A stretch of DNA of 64,000 nt, taken from IMG/VR virus record IMGVR_UViG_3300046524_000568; one strand, 5' to 3'. The position numbers and the translations under genes are program-made. Source of the DNA: an uncultured virus (IMG/VR IMGVR_UViG_3300046524_000568). Its lineage: Duplodnaviria > Heunggongvirae > Uroviricota > Caudoviricetes. This document shows positions 49,588 to 59,008 of the stretch, in pieces. The notes below the pieces were generated by a model. That model was given only the letters and a program-made list of their open reading frames with translations. It was not told the origin of the DNA and did not search any database. How positions within the stretch are numbered: the first letter of the stretch is position 1; the number at the start of each line of letters is the position of its first letter.

Positions 49588-49944
49588 ATGACACACTTCG
49601 GAACCTTCCTCCGGGCAACACGCGAAGCCTTGCAGGTCAGCGAAGGTCGCAGCTTTTCGTTGCGGCAGGTCGCGGCACGGGTCGACATCGAGCCCGCATA
49701 CCTTAGCAAGATTGAGCGCAGCGAAGTGCCCCCGCCTTCGGAGGCGACAATTTCACGGCTTGCCGAGGTATTGCGGCTCGATAGGGACCTCCTGCTGGGT
49801 CTGGCTGGCAAAGTCAGCAAGGAACTGCAGGACATCATCCTAAAGCGACCGCAGCTCTTCGCAAGTCTGCTGCGCGAACTGAAGGATGCACCCGAGCACG
49901 CCATCCTGAGCGTCGTGCGCGAAGTGCGTGATGGTCAATGGTAA
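49588..49944 (+). CDS. XRE-family HTH transcriptional regulator
   Basis: FGTFLR...SLRQVAARVDIEPAYLSKIER...PPSE. Confidence 0.88.
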   Translation: MTHFGTFLRATREALQVSEGRSFSLRQVAARVDIEPAYLSKIERSEVPPPSEATISRLAEVLRLDRDLLLGLAGKVSKELQDIILKRPQLFASLLRELKDAPEHAILSVVREVRDGQW

Positions 49945-49947
49945 GCA

Positions 49948-51105
49948 ATGTCAAAATCAACCAAGGAGCTGTCAATGCTGACGCTTGAAAATAATCGTCT
50001 GGTCGTCCGTTTCCCCGAAGTGCATGCGGATGCCCATTGCACCATCGAATTCCAGCGCACCCTGCGCATTCCCGACGATAACCGGGTTCACGGGCTGCCG
50101 CCGGGCCTGGGCACCTTCCCCCTCTTCCATGTCGACGACTACGCGGGCAAGCTGCCTGCGCACTGGCAAGGCCACGGCGGCGTCTTTTTGCCGATGTATC
50201 AGGCCGAAGCGATGTGGATTCGCTTCAGCTCGAAGTATCCGTTTGCGGTGAAGATTGCAACCGGCAAAATCAATGCTGTTTCTGGCGACGCCTGGACACC
50301 TGCGCTCCAGCCTGGTGAGCAACCGTCCGGCGTCGCGCAGGGTAACCGCATCGGAAGCGACTTCATCTCGAGCCTGCCTTCAGTACGCGCCGCAGGAAAG
50401 CAGGATTATGTAACCATCCCGGACCAGCCCTGGCTTGACGGCTTCAATGTCGGCAACGGGCAGATTCGCCAGTTCGTGGCGATGCCGCTCGGAGAGGGCT
50501 ACACGGTAGAAGAGCAGATTACCGGCGAGGCGGTACACGGGGGCCTGCAGCTCATCGTCTATCCGCTGGACCCGCGCTACTACACGCCGCCACGCCCCAT
50601 CACCCGGGGCATTGCTGGCGTGCTGTGGAACGGGTATCCGGGCGACTTCTGCATGACGAACACTTCGTACTCGGTCGCGAACAGCATGAGCTTTAGCGCC
50701 TCCGCAGAGTCCGCCCAGATGGGCTTGGCGCCCGGCGGACTGATGAAGCAGGAGGTGTTCTCCGACCGGCACGGTATCGCAAAATGGGACCAGACGCACA
50801 GCGCAAAGTGCTTCGTGCATCTGCTCAACAGCCAGCAGTTCGAACAGGTGACGGGACGCCGGCCCCCGACGCAGGCGCCGACCGCGGAGAGCTACACCCG
50901 CGCCGGGCTGCCGTGGTACGACTACTATGCGGAAGGGCTGCGCGCGGTACCAGGCTCCGATAAGCTGCGGCAACTCGACAGCGTCGCGGCGCTCGGCAAC
51001 AAGAAAGGTGAGAAGCCCTTGCCTGAAAACGCGCCCGTCGGCAACGTGAACACCATCATGCTCAGCAAGAAAGCGCCCAACGAAGTTCGGGATGGTTGCT
51101 TCTAG
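49948..51105 (+). CDS. Conserved uncharacterised protein (FQRTLRIPDD family)
   Basis: FQRTLRIPDD, LPPGLGTFPL, PMYQAEAMWI, QPWLDG, RQFVAMPLG.GYTVEEQ, MGLAPGG, Y..AGLPW. Confidence 0.8.
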   Translation: MSKSTKELSMLTLENNRLVVRFPEVHADAHCTIEFQRTLRIPDDNRVHGLPPGLGTFPLFHVDDYAGKLPAHWQGHGGVFLPMYQAEAMWIRFSSKYPFAVKIATGKINAVSGDAWTPALQPGEQPSGVAQGNRIGSDFISSLPSVRAAGKQDYVTIPDQPWLDGFNVGNGQIRQFVAMPLGEGYTVEEQITGEAVHGGLQLIVYPLDPRYYTPPRPITRGIAGVLWNGYPGDFCMTNTSYSVANSMSFSASAESAQMGLAPGGLMKQEVFSDRHGIAKWDQTHSAKCFVHLLNSQQFEQVTGRRPPTQAPTAESYTRAGLPWYDYYAEGLRAVPGSDKLRQLDSVAALGNKKGEKPLPENAPVGNVNTIMLSKKAPNEVRDGCF

Positions 51106-51128
51106 GCCTCAATCAGGCTAACCGAAAA

Positions 51129-51160
51129 GACAGGGGCCGCTAACTTGCGGCCCCTGTTTT
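51129..51160. terminator. Bidirectional terminator between convergent genes
   Basis: ACAGGGGCCGC/GCGGCCCCTGT stem plus T run. Confidence 0.75.
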
Positions 51161-51166
51161 ACTTCA

Positions 51167-52390
51167 TCACCCCTTCACACACAGCACTTGCTTTAGCGTG
51201 TGCTTGATGTCGACCAGTTCTGACTGCGCAGCCATCACTTCATCTATATCTTTGTATGCCCCGGGAATTTCATCGACCACCGCGTCGTCCTTGCGGCACT
51301 CAACGCCAGCCGTCTGAGCTTCCAGGTCATCCGTCGTGAAGTACTTCTTCGCCGCGGTACGCGACATCTTGCGACCGGCGCCGTGTGAGCACGAGCAGTA
51401 CGCAGCCTCGTGGCCCTTACCACACACGATGAACGACTTCGCTCCCATAGAGCCCGGGATGATACCCAGCTGCCCCGCGCGCGCCGACACTGCGCCCTTA
51501 CGCGTAATCCACACAGACTTCCCGCCGAATTCTTCCTTCGACAAGTAGTTATGGTGACAGTTAACAGCTTCGTCGGTGATGGACAATGACCGGCCCAGCG
51601 TCTTCTCAACGGCCTGAATAACCAGGTGCAGCATCACATCTCGGTTCAGCCGCGCGTAGTCCTGTGCCCATGACAGAGCCTTCGTGTATGACTCGAAGGC
51701 CTCCGTGCCGTCATCCAGCCATGCGAGGTCCTGGTCCTTGAGCGTGATGTCCAGCGACGCAACATGCTTCTTTGCTGCCTCCATCGCCGCTTCACCTACT
51801 GTCTTCCCGACGTTACGCGAACCCGAGTGCAGCATCAGCCAAACCTGCTGCGACTCATCGAGACACACTTCGATGAAGTGATTCCCGCCGCCAAGAGTTC
51901 CGACCTGTTGCGTCATGCGTTCCGCGTTGAAGTGTCCAAGGCCCGTGAACAGCGACAGACCCGAAAACCCAGTCATCAGGCCGTCGTATCGCCGCTGCAG
52001 CTCAGCCGCAGCCATGCTTTGCTCACCGATAGCCAACTGCTTCGAGTGGTATGCAAAGCCCACCGGCACCGCACGCTCAATTGCCGCGCGCATCGCCGCG
52101 AGCGACTCCGGCAGGTCCGAAGCATTCAAACCAGTTCGGACTGCTACCATTCCACATCCAATATCGACTCCAACCGCGGACGGAATTACGGCCGACAGCG
52201 TCGGAATCACCGAGCCCACGGTAGCTCCCTTCCCGAGGTGTACGTCCGGCATCACAGCAATATGGCCGCAGAGGATAGGAAGCTCGGAGATGTTGTGCAG
52301 CTGCTTGACCGCAGCGTCTTCGACTGACATCGAGCCGGTCCACAAGCGAACCTTATCGCCAAAGAAATCCTTCAGTTGTTGTGCATCCAT
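51167..52390 (-). CDS. rtcB: RNA-splicing/repair ligase RtcB
   Basis: MPDVHLGKG, DIGCG, GGGNHF, LHSGSR, HHNY, RKGA, SCSHGAGR, YKDID. Confidence 0.96.
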   Translation of the reverse strand: MDAQQLKDFFGDKVRLWTGSMSVEDAAVKQLHNISELPILCGHIAVMPDVHLGKGATVGSVIPTLSAVIPSAVGVDIGCGMVAVRTGLNASDLPESLAAMRAAIERAVPVGFAYHSKQLAIGEQSMAAAELQRRYDGLMTGFSGLSLFTGLGHFNAERMTQQVGTLGGGNHFIEVCLDESQQVWLMLHSGSRNVGKTVGEAAMEAAKKHVASLDITLKDQDLAWLDDGTEAFESYTKALSWAQDYARLNRDVMLHLVIQAVEKTLGRSLSITDEAVNCHHNYLSKEEFGGKSVWITRKGAVSARAGQLGIIPGSMGAKSFIVCGKGHEAAYCSCSHGAGRKMSRTAAKKYFTTDDLEAQTAGVECRKDDAVVDEIPGAYKDIDEVMAAQSELVDIKHTLKQVLCVKG

Positions 52391-52426
52391 GTTTCACTCC
52401 TTGTGTTAGGTGGATGCACTACTTAT

Positions 52427-52442
52427 TGCGAGGACCGTGCCA
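52427..52442 (-). promoter_or_regulatory. Sigma54 -24/-12 promoter of rtcB
   Basis: TGGCACGGTCCTCGCA on - strand, with IHF-like AATCAA site in AT-rich DNA upstream (~52470-52484). Confidence 0.8.
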
Positions 52443-52609
52443 GTTGTTGCGTTTTTGTAGTTTTAAGTTATATGTTGTTGATTTAATTAAGGATGCGGGT
52501 ACCGCGCCGTCGCCTCAAAGCAAATTAAACCGTGACAAATATTATTTTCTAAGATATACTCTATCCAAATAGATAGATTTGCATCACCACACAACAAGGA
52601 CTTGATTTC

Positions 52610-53074
52610 ATGGCACTGACCACGGAACAGAAAGCGGCAAATAAGGTAAAGACTCAGGCGCGCGACCGCGCGTACCGCGAGCGTCGTTCGGCGTATCGCG
52701 ACGCACTGGACGCTGCGCTGGCCCCGCTGCCGTTGCGGCCCGAGGAACAGGACCCAAAGGTTAGTCCCGCCGATGTTGTTCGAGCAGCGTGGGTCGCCGA
52801 TGCGGCATTTGACGCAGCATTCGCCGCAGTGAGGGAGGAGGAAGCGGCTATTCGAGCGCAGATAGCGCAACTCGAACAGTCGCTCAAGGGTGTCGCCGAC
52901 CGGCACAACACCACCGAACTTGCAGCCGTTCGTCGCCAAGCCTATTCGGCGCTGAGCACTGCACGTAACGTGGCGGAAACCGCGGTGAAGGCTCAATACC
53001 CCGACGTGGCCAACGTGTTCTCAGCTGCGCAGTGGGGCGCAATAGTCGACTTCGGTGCCGAAACGCAGAAGTGA
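52610..53074 (+). CDS. Alpha-helical/coiled-coil hypothetical protein
   Basis: RBS AAGGA; TATACT at 52555. Confidence 0.65.
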   Translation: MALTTEQKAANKVKTQARDRAYRERRSAYRDALDAALAPLPLRPEEQDPKVSPADVVRAAWVADAAFDAAFAAVREEEAAIRAQIAQLEQSLKGVADRHNTTELAAVRRQAYSALSTARNVAETAVKAQYPDVANVFSAAQWGAIVDFGAETQK

Positions 53075-53113
53075 CCCAGCCGCTCTGACAACCAAAAGAC
53101 AAGGAACTCAGCC

Positions 53114-53314
53114 ATGAAGCCCTACACCCCGGAAACCGACCGCGGCCGCGCAAGAGGTGGACACGACATCCATCATCGCACCGCGGATTTGCCGAAAGAA
53201 GGCGCGAACAAGGTCGCCAAGACCGCACGCCATGCTGCCCGTCAGGACGGCAAGGCCACAATCGCGCGCGAGCTTATCGCCGACGTGGTCGCCGACCGTA
53301 GCCCGGCGCTTTGA
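53114..53314 (+). CDS. Small hypothetical protein
   Basis: RBS AAGGA. Confidence 0.5.
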   Translation: MKPYTPETDRGRARGGHDIHHRTADLPKEGANKVAKTARHAARQDGKATIARELIADVVADRSPAL

Positions 53315-53325
53315 ACGGACAAGCC

Positions 53326-53544
53326 ATGACCACGAAGACGACGCTTGCGACGGAAACACCCGTACCCTGCCCGAAGTGCGGCAAGCAGCCGGAAACCGTC
53401 AAGACTGGCTCGTACTGGATTACGCGCTGCGCCACCGCGCACATGTTTAAGGTCGCGGGCCACACAATGGGTACCAAGCGCGAAGCCATTCACGAATGGA
53501 ACAACGCCTACAAGTCGAAGAGCGAAACGGAGAAGTCGTCGTGA
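53326..53544 (+). CDS. Small zinc-ribbon protein (Lar-like pattern)
   Basis: PCPKCG...C...H...AIHEWN. Confidence 0.55.
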   Translation: MTTKTTLATETPVPCPKCGKQPETVKTGSYWITRCATAHMFKVAGHTMGTKREAIHEWNNAYKSKSETEKSS

Positions 53545-53786
53545 ACACGAACCCTGAGAAGAACGAATGTGCCGAACTGCCTATCCCGCCGGTCCCTGAC
53601 TGGATTGCAGCCGAAAACATGGACACGATGCCTATGGGATGGTATTGGGCCGAGTTCCCAGGAGGATGGGAGTTCTTCAAGCCCGCGCGCCTCGCCACGC
53701 TGGGCATCGACCACGGGCACAACGGCTGGCAGCCGCTCAGGGCAAAGCGCTACTGGGGACCGTTCAAGCCGCCAGGCGTCAACTAA
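53541..53786 (+). CDS. Small Trp-rich hypothetical protein
   Basis: GTGA overlap; GWYW...WGP..PP. Confidence 0.5.
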   Translation: MNTNPEKNECAELPIPPVPDWIAAENMDTMPMGWYWAEFPGGWEFFKPARLATLGIDHGHNGWQPLRAKRYWGPFKPPGVN

Positions 53787-53837
53787 CCTGGAAGCCCCGC
53801 CTCACCAAACATCGAAGAACTGAAGAGAGAAGAAGCA

Positions 53838-55439
53838 ATGCGCAAGAAAGTCGTCATTGGATTTTTGGGCACGAAGCTGGACTCGGGGCTGACCGAGAAG
53901 CGCTGGGAGCGCTGGCGCCCGACGGTGGCCCTCTTCGGCCATGATAAGTTCGTGCCGGACGCTATCGAGTTGCTGACATTCAATGGCGACTACCAGCCAC
54001 TCGTCGAGCGCGTGACGTCCGACATCCAGTCCCTGAAGCCTGAGGCGCGTGTGACCACGCACAGCCTGCCGGTGACGGACGCATGGAGCTTCCAGCACGT
54101 CTACGCGGCGCTGCATGAATTCGCGCGCGGATATACGTTTCGCGACGACACCGACTACTACGTGCACCTCACGACCGGTACGCACGTGGCCCAGATTTGC
54201 CTGTTCCTGCTGACGGAATCCCGATACCTGCCGGCGCGTATCGTCGAAACGTTGTTGCCCAAGCGTGACTCGGACGCCGAGGCCTGGCGCGGCCGCCTGG
54301 AAGTCATCGACCTGGACCTGTCAAAGTATGACCAGCTCGCCAAGCGATTCCAGAAGGAAAGCGTCGAGAGCCAGGACCTGCTCAAGGGCGGCATCGTCAC
54401 GAAGAACGCTGCGTTCAACGCACTCATCGGCCGGCTCGAACGGGTGGCGCTCAAGTCGACCGCCCCGCTGCTGCTGACCGGGCCGACTGGCGCGGGTAAG
54501 AGCGCACTCGCTCAGCGTGTGTACGAGCTGCGCGCCCGCCGCCATCTGGTCGAAGGCGCATTCGTCGAAGTGAATTGCGCGACGCTGCGCGGAGACAACG
54601 CAATGTCGGCGCTGTTTGGCCACAAGAAGGGTGCGTTCACTGGCGCGGTCTCGGACCGTCCGGGCCTGCTGCGCGCGGCCGACAACGGCACGCTCTTTCT
54701 CGACGAAATCGGCGAGCTGGGTCTCGATGAGCAGGCGATGCTGCTGCGCGCGCTCGAAGACAAGCGATTCCTGCCAATGGGTTCGGACAAAGAAGTGACG
54801 AGCGAATTTCAGCTACTGGCTGGCACCAACCGGGACCTCTCGGCAGAAGTGGCGGCCGGACGCTTCCGTGCGGACCTGCTCGCGCGCATTAACGTATGGC
54901 AGTTCAAGCTGCCCGGACTGGCCGAACGGCCGGAAGACATCGAGCCCAATCTCGATTTCGAACTGGAACGCGTGGCGCGTGAGCTGGGTGTGCACATCTC
55001 TATTTCGCGTGAAGCGCGGGAGTCGTTCCTCGAGTTTGCACTCGAGGCTTCCTGGCCGGGCAACTTCCGTGACTTGGCTGCCGCGGTAACCCGTATGGCG
55101 ACGCTAGCCGACGGCGGTCGTATCAGCGAAGCCGACGTCGAGTTCGAAGTAGAGCAGCTGCGTGACGCGTGGGGTTCATCGGGCAACCAGGAGTTGAACC
55201 GCAATCCGCGCATCGAGGCGATTCTCGCTGAGCACACGCTCGACCGGTTCGAGCGTGTGCAGCTCGCTGATGTGCTGCAGGTGGTCGAAGCCACGGACTC
55301 GATGGCTGAAGCGGGTCGCGTGCTCTACGCAGAGTCGCGCGCGTTGAAGGCTAATCCGAACGATTCGGACCGCATACGCAAGTTTCTGGCGCGGTTCGAC
55401 ATGGACTACGCCGAAACGAAGAAATTGTTGGCCGCTTGA
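53838..55439 (+). CDS. rtcR: Sigma54-dependent RNA repair activator RtcR
   Basis: CARF N-terminus (GFLGTKLD...RWRPTV, HLTTGTHVAQIC), GPTGAGKS, GAFTGA, LFLDE, C-terminal NDSDRIRKFLARF. Confidence 0.96.
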   Translation: MRKKVVIGFLGTKLDSGLTEKRWERWRPTVALFGHDKFVPDAIELLTFNGDYQPLVERVTSDIQSLKPEARVTTHSLPVTDAWSFQHVYAALHEFARGYTFRDDTDYYVHLTTGTHVAQICLFLLTESRYLPARIVETLLPKRDSDAEAWRGRLEVIDLDLSKYDQLAKRFQKESVESQDLLKGGIVTKNAAFNALIGRLERVALKSTAPLLLTGPTGAGKSALAQRVYELRARRHLVEGAFVEVNCATLRGDNAMSALFGHKKGAFTGAVSDRPGLLRAADNGTLFLDEIGELGLDEQAMLLRALEDKRFLPMGSDKEVTSEFQLLAGTNRDLSAEVAAGRFRADLLARINVWQFKLPGLAERPEDIEPNLDFELERVARELGVHISISREARESFLEFALEASWPGNFRDLAAAVTRMATLADGGRISEADVEFEVEQLRDAWGSSGNQELNRNPRIEAILAEHTLDRFERVQLADVLQVVEATDSMAEAGRVLYAESRALKANPNDSDRIRKFLARFDMDYAETKKLLAA

Positions 55440-55501
55440 GACGTTTTGATACGATGACCGCCGCGCCGAGCCGCGCATCGGGAACCAGCGAAGGAACAGT
55501 T

Positions 55502-55897
55502 ATGTCCAGCACCGAGTTGAAGACGCCAGGCAAGCCGTGCGCGTCATGCCCCTGGCGAAAGGAGAGCACGGCCGCGGACATTCCGAACTTCAGCCTCGAG
55601 CTGGCCGAAGGACTCGCTTCGTGCAGCCCGGACAGTCGCAATATCGGCCCGGAATGGAACGCGAAGCTCTGCGCCTGCCACCAGTCGAAACCACGCGCGG
55701 AGTTCGTGTGCGCGGGCTGGCTGGCTGTCGCCGGCCACCGGCATCCGCAGGTACGATTCGCCGTTTTCTCCAAGGACCTCCACGAAGCCGCGCTCGAGCC
55801 GGGCGCGGACTGGCCGGAACTGCACAGGAGCTATCCCGAGGTGCTCGAAAAACTTCGGGCTACGATGCCCGAATCCGTCGAAAAGGACGACCAATGA
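55502..55897 (+). CDS. DUF6283-like Cys/His metal-binding protein
   Basis: PCASCPWR, ACHQS, CAGWL. Confidence 0.7.
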   Translation: MSSTELKTPGKPCASCPWRKESTAADIPNFSLELAEGLASCSPDSRNIGPEWNAKLCACHQSKPRAEFVCAGWLAVAGHRHPQVRFAVFSKDLHEAALEPGADWPELHRSYPEVLEKLRATMPESVEKDDQ

Positions 55898-56157
55898 AGT
55901 TTGGCCAACACGAAATACCAGACTCGCTCTTCGACATGGCACGCGAGCGCATGCGTCGCGATGACACGTTCAGGCCCGATGACATCCGCCAGCATCTGGT
56001 GGCGGATGGCGAGGAGTACATGTTGTTCGTCAACAGTATTCCGTCGAACTGGCGAATCATCGCGGACCGCGTCACGCGCGCCTGCATTGACGAAATGCGC
56101 GACGCGGGCGAAATCGAGCAACTCAAGAAAGGCGTGTGGACGCGCGCAAACAAATAA
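55894..56157 (+). CDS. Small hypothetical protein (possible winged helix)
   Basis: RBS AAGGA; ATGA overlap; GEIEQLKKGVW. Confidence 0.55.
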   Translation: MKFGQHEIPDSLFDMARERMRRDDTFRPDDIRQHLVADGEEYMLFVNSIPSNWRIIADRVTRACIDEMRDAGEIEQLKKGVWTRANK

Positions 56158-56277
56158 CTATTGACCTCATAGATAGCAGGTCATTGCAGGCCTGAACTCC
56201 GATTGTAGTTGCGAATAGTTCATTTAACGATATACTATTGATATTCGCATCACCTCACACGCAATCGGAGTAACACA

Positions 56278-57129
56278 ATGCTGAAGAAGAAACTCATCGG
56301 CCTGGCACTGCTGGCCTCGTTTGGTACGGCAGGTGCATTTGCCGCTTCCACCACCCCCGCGGCTGACGCGCCGTACTCTGGCGCAGTGCCGGCCGTGCTG
56401 CAACACGCACAGCAGGTAGGCGGGTTGGAAATCTACAAGAATTTCCCGGCCGCGGGCGGCCTGCATGGCTGGGTCGTGAAGGACCGCTCGTCGAAGTACA
56501 TTATCGTCTACACGACGCCGGATGACACCGTTCTGCTGGCGGGCATCGCGCTCGATGCTACCGGCAAGAATCTGAGCAACGACTACACGAACCAGTATGT
56601 CCCGGCGACGGACTACACGCCAGCGTACAAGGCATTCACCACGGAAGCGACGAGCGTGCTGTGGGGTAACCCTAAGGCGCAGGCTGAAATGACTATCGTG
56701 ACGGACCCGAACTGCCCGTTCTGTCAGCGCCTCGAGGCGATGCTCATTAAGGCGGTCGACGACGGCAAGCTGAAGGTGCACCTGGTGCCGGTAGGCTTCG
56801 AAGCACCGGATTCGCCGCAAAAGGCTGCTGGCCTGCTGCAGACGAAGGACGTGAGCGCATACATGACCTCGGACATCGTGCGCGGCCCGGTCGAGCAAAG
56901 CACGGACGCGGACCTGGCTGCGAAGGTCAAGGCGAACTGGGCGCTGATGTCGAAGTACGGCCTGAACGGTACGCCGGCTGTGTTCTACATGACGGGCAAG
57001 GCTGGCTCGCAGACGCTGAACGTTTCGCCGGGCGTGCCGAACATGACGGAACTGCTGACCAAGCTGGGTCTGGAAAGCTACCTGCCCGCAATTAAAGCGG
57101 ACCCGAAGTTCGCGCAGTACGCACGCTAA
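56278..57129 (+). CDS. Periplasmic thiol:disulfide oxidoreductase, DsbG/DsbC-like
   Basis: Signal peptide, F.A.GGL.GW dimerisation region, TDPNCPFC, GTPA. Confidence 0.88.
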   Translation: MLKKKLIGLALLASFGTAGAFAASTTPAADAPYSGAVPAVLQHAQQVGGLEIYKNFPAAGGLHGWVVKDRSSKYIIVYTTPDDTVLLAGIALDATGKNLSNDYTNQYVPATDYTPAYKAFTTEATSVLWGNPKAQAEMTIVTDPNCPFCQRLEAMLIKAVDDGKLKVHLVPVGFEAPDSPQKAAGLLQTKDVSAYMTSDIVRGPVEQSTDADLAAKVKANWALMSKYGLNGTPAVFYMTGKAGSQTLNVSPGVPNMTELLTKLGLESYLPAIKADPKFAQYAR

Positions 57130-57219
57130 GAAGACAAAGGCCGCTCAGCTGAAATCAGCGTGAGCGGCCCTACTTCAAGCAGCTAAAGAAAGGAGGCAGG
57201 CGCGAGCCCGCCTCCTTTT

Positions 57220-58926
57220 TTATTTGCCCCAGAGATAGTAGGTCGTCGGCGCGCTGAACGCACCGAATCCTTGGCCGCCCTGAATCCCCAAACCGATTGC
57301 AAAATCATCACAGCCATTGAGGGTTGCGGTCGCGGTCTCATCGACGGCCCATCCGTATTTCGCGCCGGCACAGACCCCGTTACTCGGCGTATATTCGCCA
57401 AAATTGAAGCCAAAGCGCGCCTGCTTGATGAGGGTGCCTCCGCCCAGGTCTTTCGGGTAGTTCGTCGCATAGCTCGACCAGTTTGGCGAGACTTGTGGAA
57501 CGCCAGCAACGTCGCCGCTGACGACGGTCATTTTCGCATCCGCCATCGCCGACATTGCTGTCTGGGTGCTTACCGCTGTGGTTCTGAGCGTCGATTCATT
57601 TGCCGCCTGCAGCACGAGCGCGGAGACCGGTACTTTGCTGAACGCGCTCGATACGTAGTTGCCGTCAGCCATACTGGCTCCCGTCGGGTCGTTCAGGGTC
57701 GTGCCTGTCCAGTATGCGGTGCCCCAGCGCAGCGTGCTCGAATCGTTCTGCGCCTGCTTCATGAGAAGCATCCATCCGCCGCCGTTCGTGGTCTGGTTGC
57801 AGTAGACGTCCATGGTCGAACCACCAACGGCAACACGGTAGACGCCATTGCCCGTCGCACCGGAATAGTAGTACGGCGCGCTCGGCGCCAGGTACGCCTG
57901 GCAACTCGCCGCATACGTGCCGTCCGACCATGCGCGATAGCTTCCGTTGTTCGCCACGTTCGCATTGACCGACATGCTGTAGGCCTTGCTGCCCGAGCTG
58001 AGCAGATACGCAGCCTTCACCCCGAACGACGCGGCCCCGACCGTTGTGGGCGAGCCAGAAATTACGCCATCGCCCGTGAGCGACAACCCGCCGGGCAGCG
58101 CACCGCTCGAGAGCGACCACGTGATGCCGGCGCCATTGCCGGCGTACGCGGTGTCACCGGTGACCTGAAGGTTCTGCTTGAGGTCGTAGCTGTACGCGGT
58201 GCCCGCCGTGAGCATGGGGAACGACACATCCGAGAGCGCCACGGTAACGGTCGCAACAACCAACTGATACGTGCGCTGGCCGGCGCGGTTCATGTAGCTG
58301 GCCTGCACGGCAACAGGGAACGTGCCGCCAGCCGTAGGCGTCCCGCTAAGCGTGCCGTTTGCATTGAGCTGCACCCCCGCGGGCAAAGGGCCGCTCATAA
58401 GCGACCACGTCACCTGCGCGGGGGTGTATTGCGGGTCGCCGGCCACCTGCAGATTCTGCTTCAGGTCATAGCTGTACGGTGTGCCCTGCACGCCCGGCGG
58501 GAGCGTCGCGCTCGCGAGGCCCACGACGATGTCGGCAATCATCACCTGGTAAGCCTGCTGACCTGCTTTGGTCTTGTACGCCGCCAGCACCTGGAAGCTC
58601 GATGTCGCGGCGGCAGTCGGCGTGCCGCTGAGTTTGCCGTCGCCGCTCAGGGAGAGCCCAGCCGGCAGCGCGCCACTGGCCACGGACCAGCGAACACTGC
58701 TCTGGCTGTACGACGGGTCTCCGAGCACCTGGAGCACCGAATTGAAATCGAAGCCTCCATACGCGCGTCCGACGACGCCCGTCGGAAGCGAATATGCGTT
58801 GAGCGTGACGAGGATATTGCCCGCCGTGGCCGAGCGGCTGGGAACCGGCACAACAACAAAATAGTCGGAGGCGAAGGTGGAAAAGCTTGCGGCCGCGAGC
58901 AATGCGGCACTGACGGTCTTTTTCAT
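57220..58926 (-). CDS. Secreted Ig-repeat surface protein #3, fibrinogen-related tip
   Basis: Signal peptide, DYFVVVPVP, three Ig repeats, VYCNQTTNGGGWMLL, ends YYLWGK. Confidence 0.88.
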   Translation of the reverse strand: MKKTVSAALLAAASFSTFASDYFVVVPVPSRSATAGNILVTLNAYSLPTGVVGRAYGGFDFNSVLQVLGDPSYSQSSVRWSVASGALPAGLSLSGDGKLSGTPTAAATSSFQVLAAYKTKAGQQAYQVMIADIVVGLASATLPPGVQGTPYSYDLKQNLQVAGDPQYTPAQVTWSLMSGPLPAGVQLNANGTLSGTPTAGGTFPVAVQASYMNRAGQRTYQLVVATVTVALSDVSFPMLTAGTAYSYDLKQNLQVTGDTAYAGNGAGITWSLSSGALPGGLSLTGDGVISGSPTTVGAASFGVKAAYLLSSGSKAYSMSVNANVANNGSYRAWSDGTYAASCQAYLAPSAPYYYSGATGNGVYRVAVGGSTMDVYCNQTTNGGGWMLLMKQAQNDSSTLRWGTAYWTGTTLNDPTGASMADGNYVSSAFSKVPVSALVLQAANESTLRTTAVSTQTAMSAMADAKMTVVSGDVAGVPQVSPNWSSYATNYPKDLGGGTLIKQARFGFNFGEYTPSNGVCAGAKYGWAVDETATATLNGCDDFAIGLGIQGGQGFGAFSAPTTYYLWGK

Positions 58927-59008
58927 GGAAAGCGTGGGTGGCGTTGTCGTTGCAATGTATAGCTTCGACCGGCGTAACCAGCTGCGGCATGCCGGTCAAA
59001 TCGGCCGG

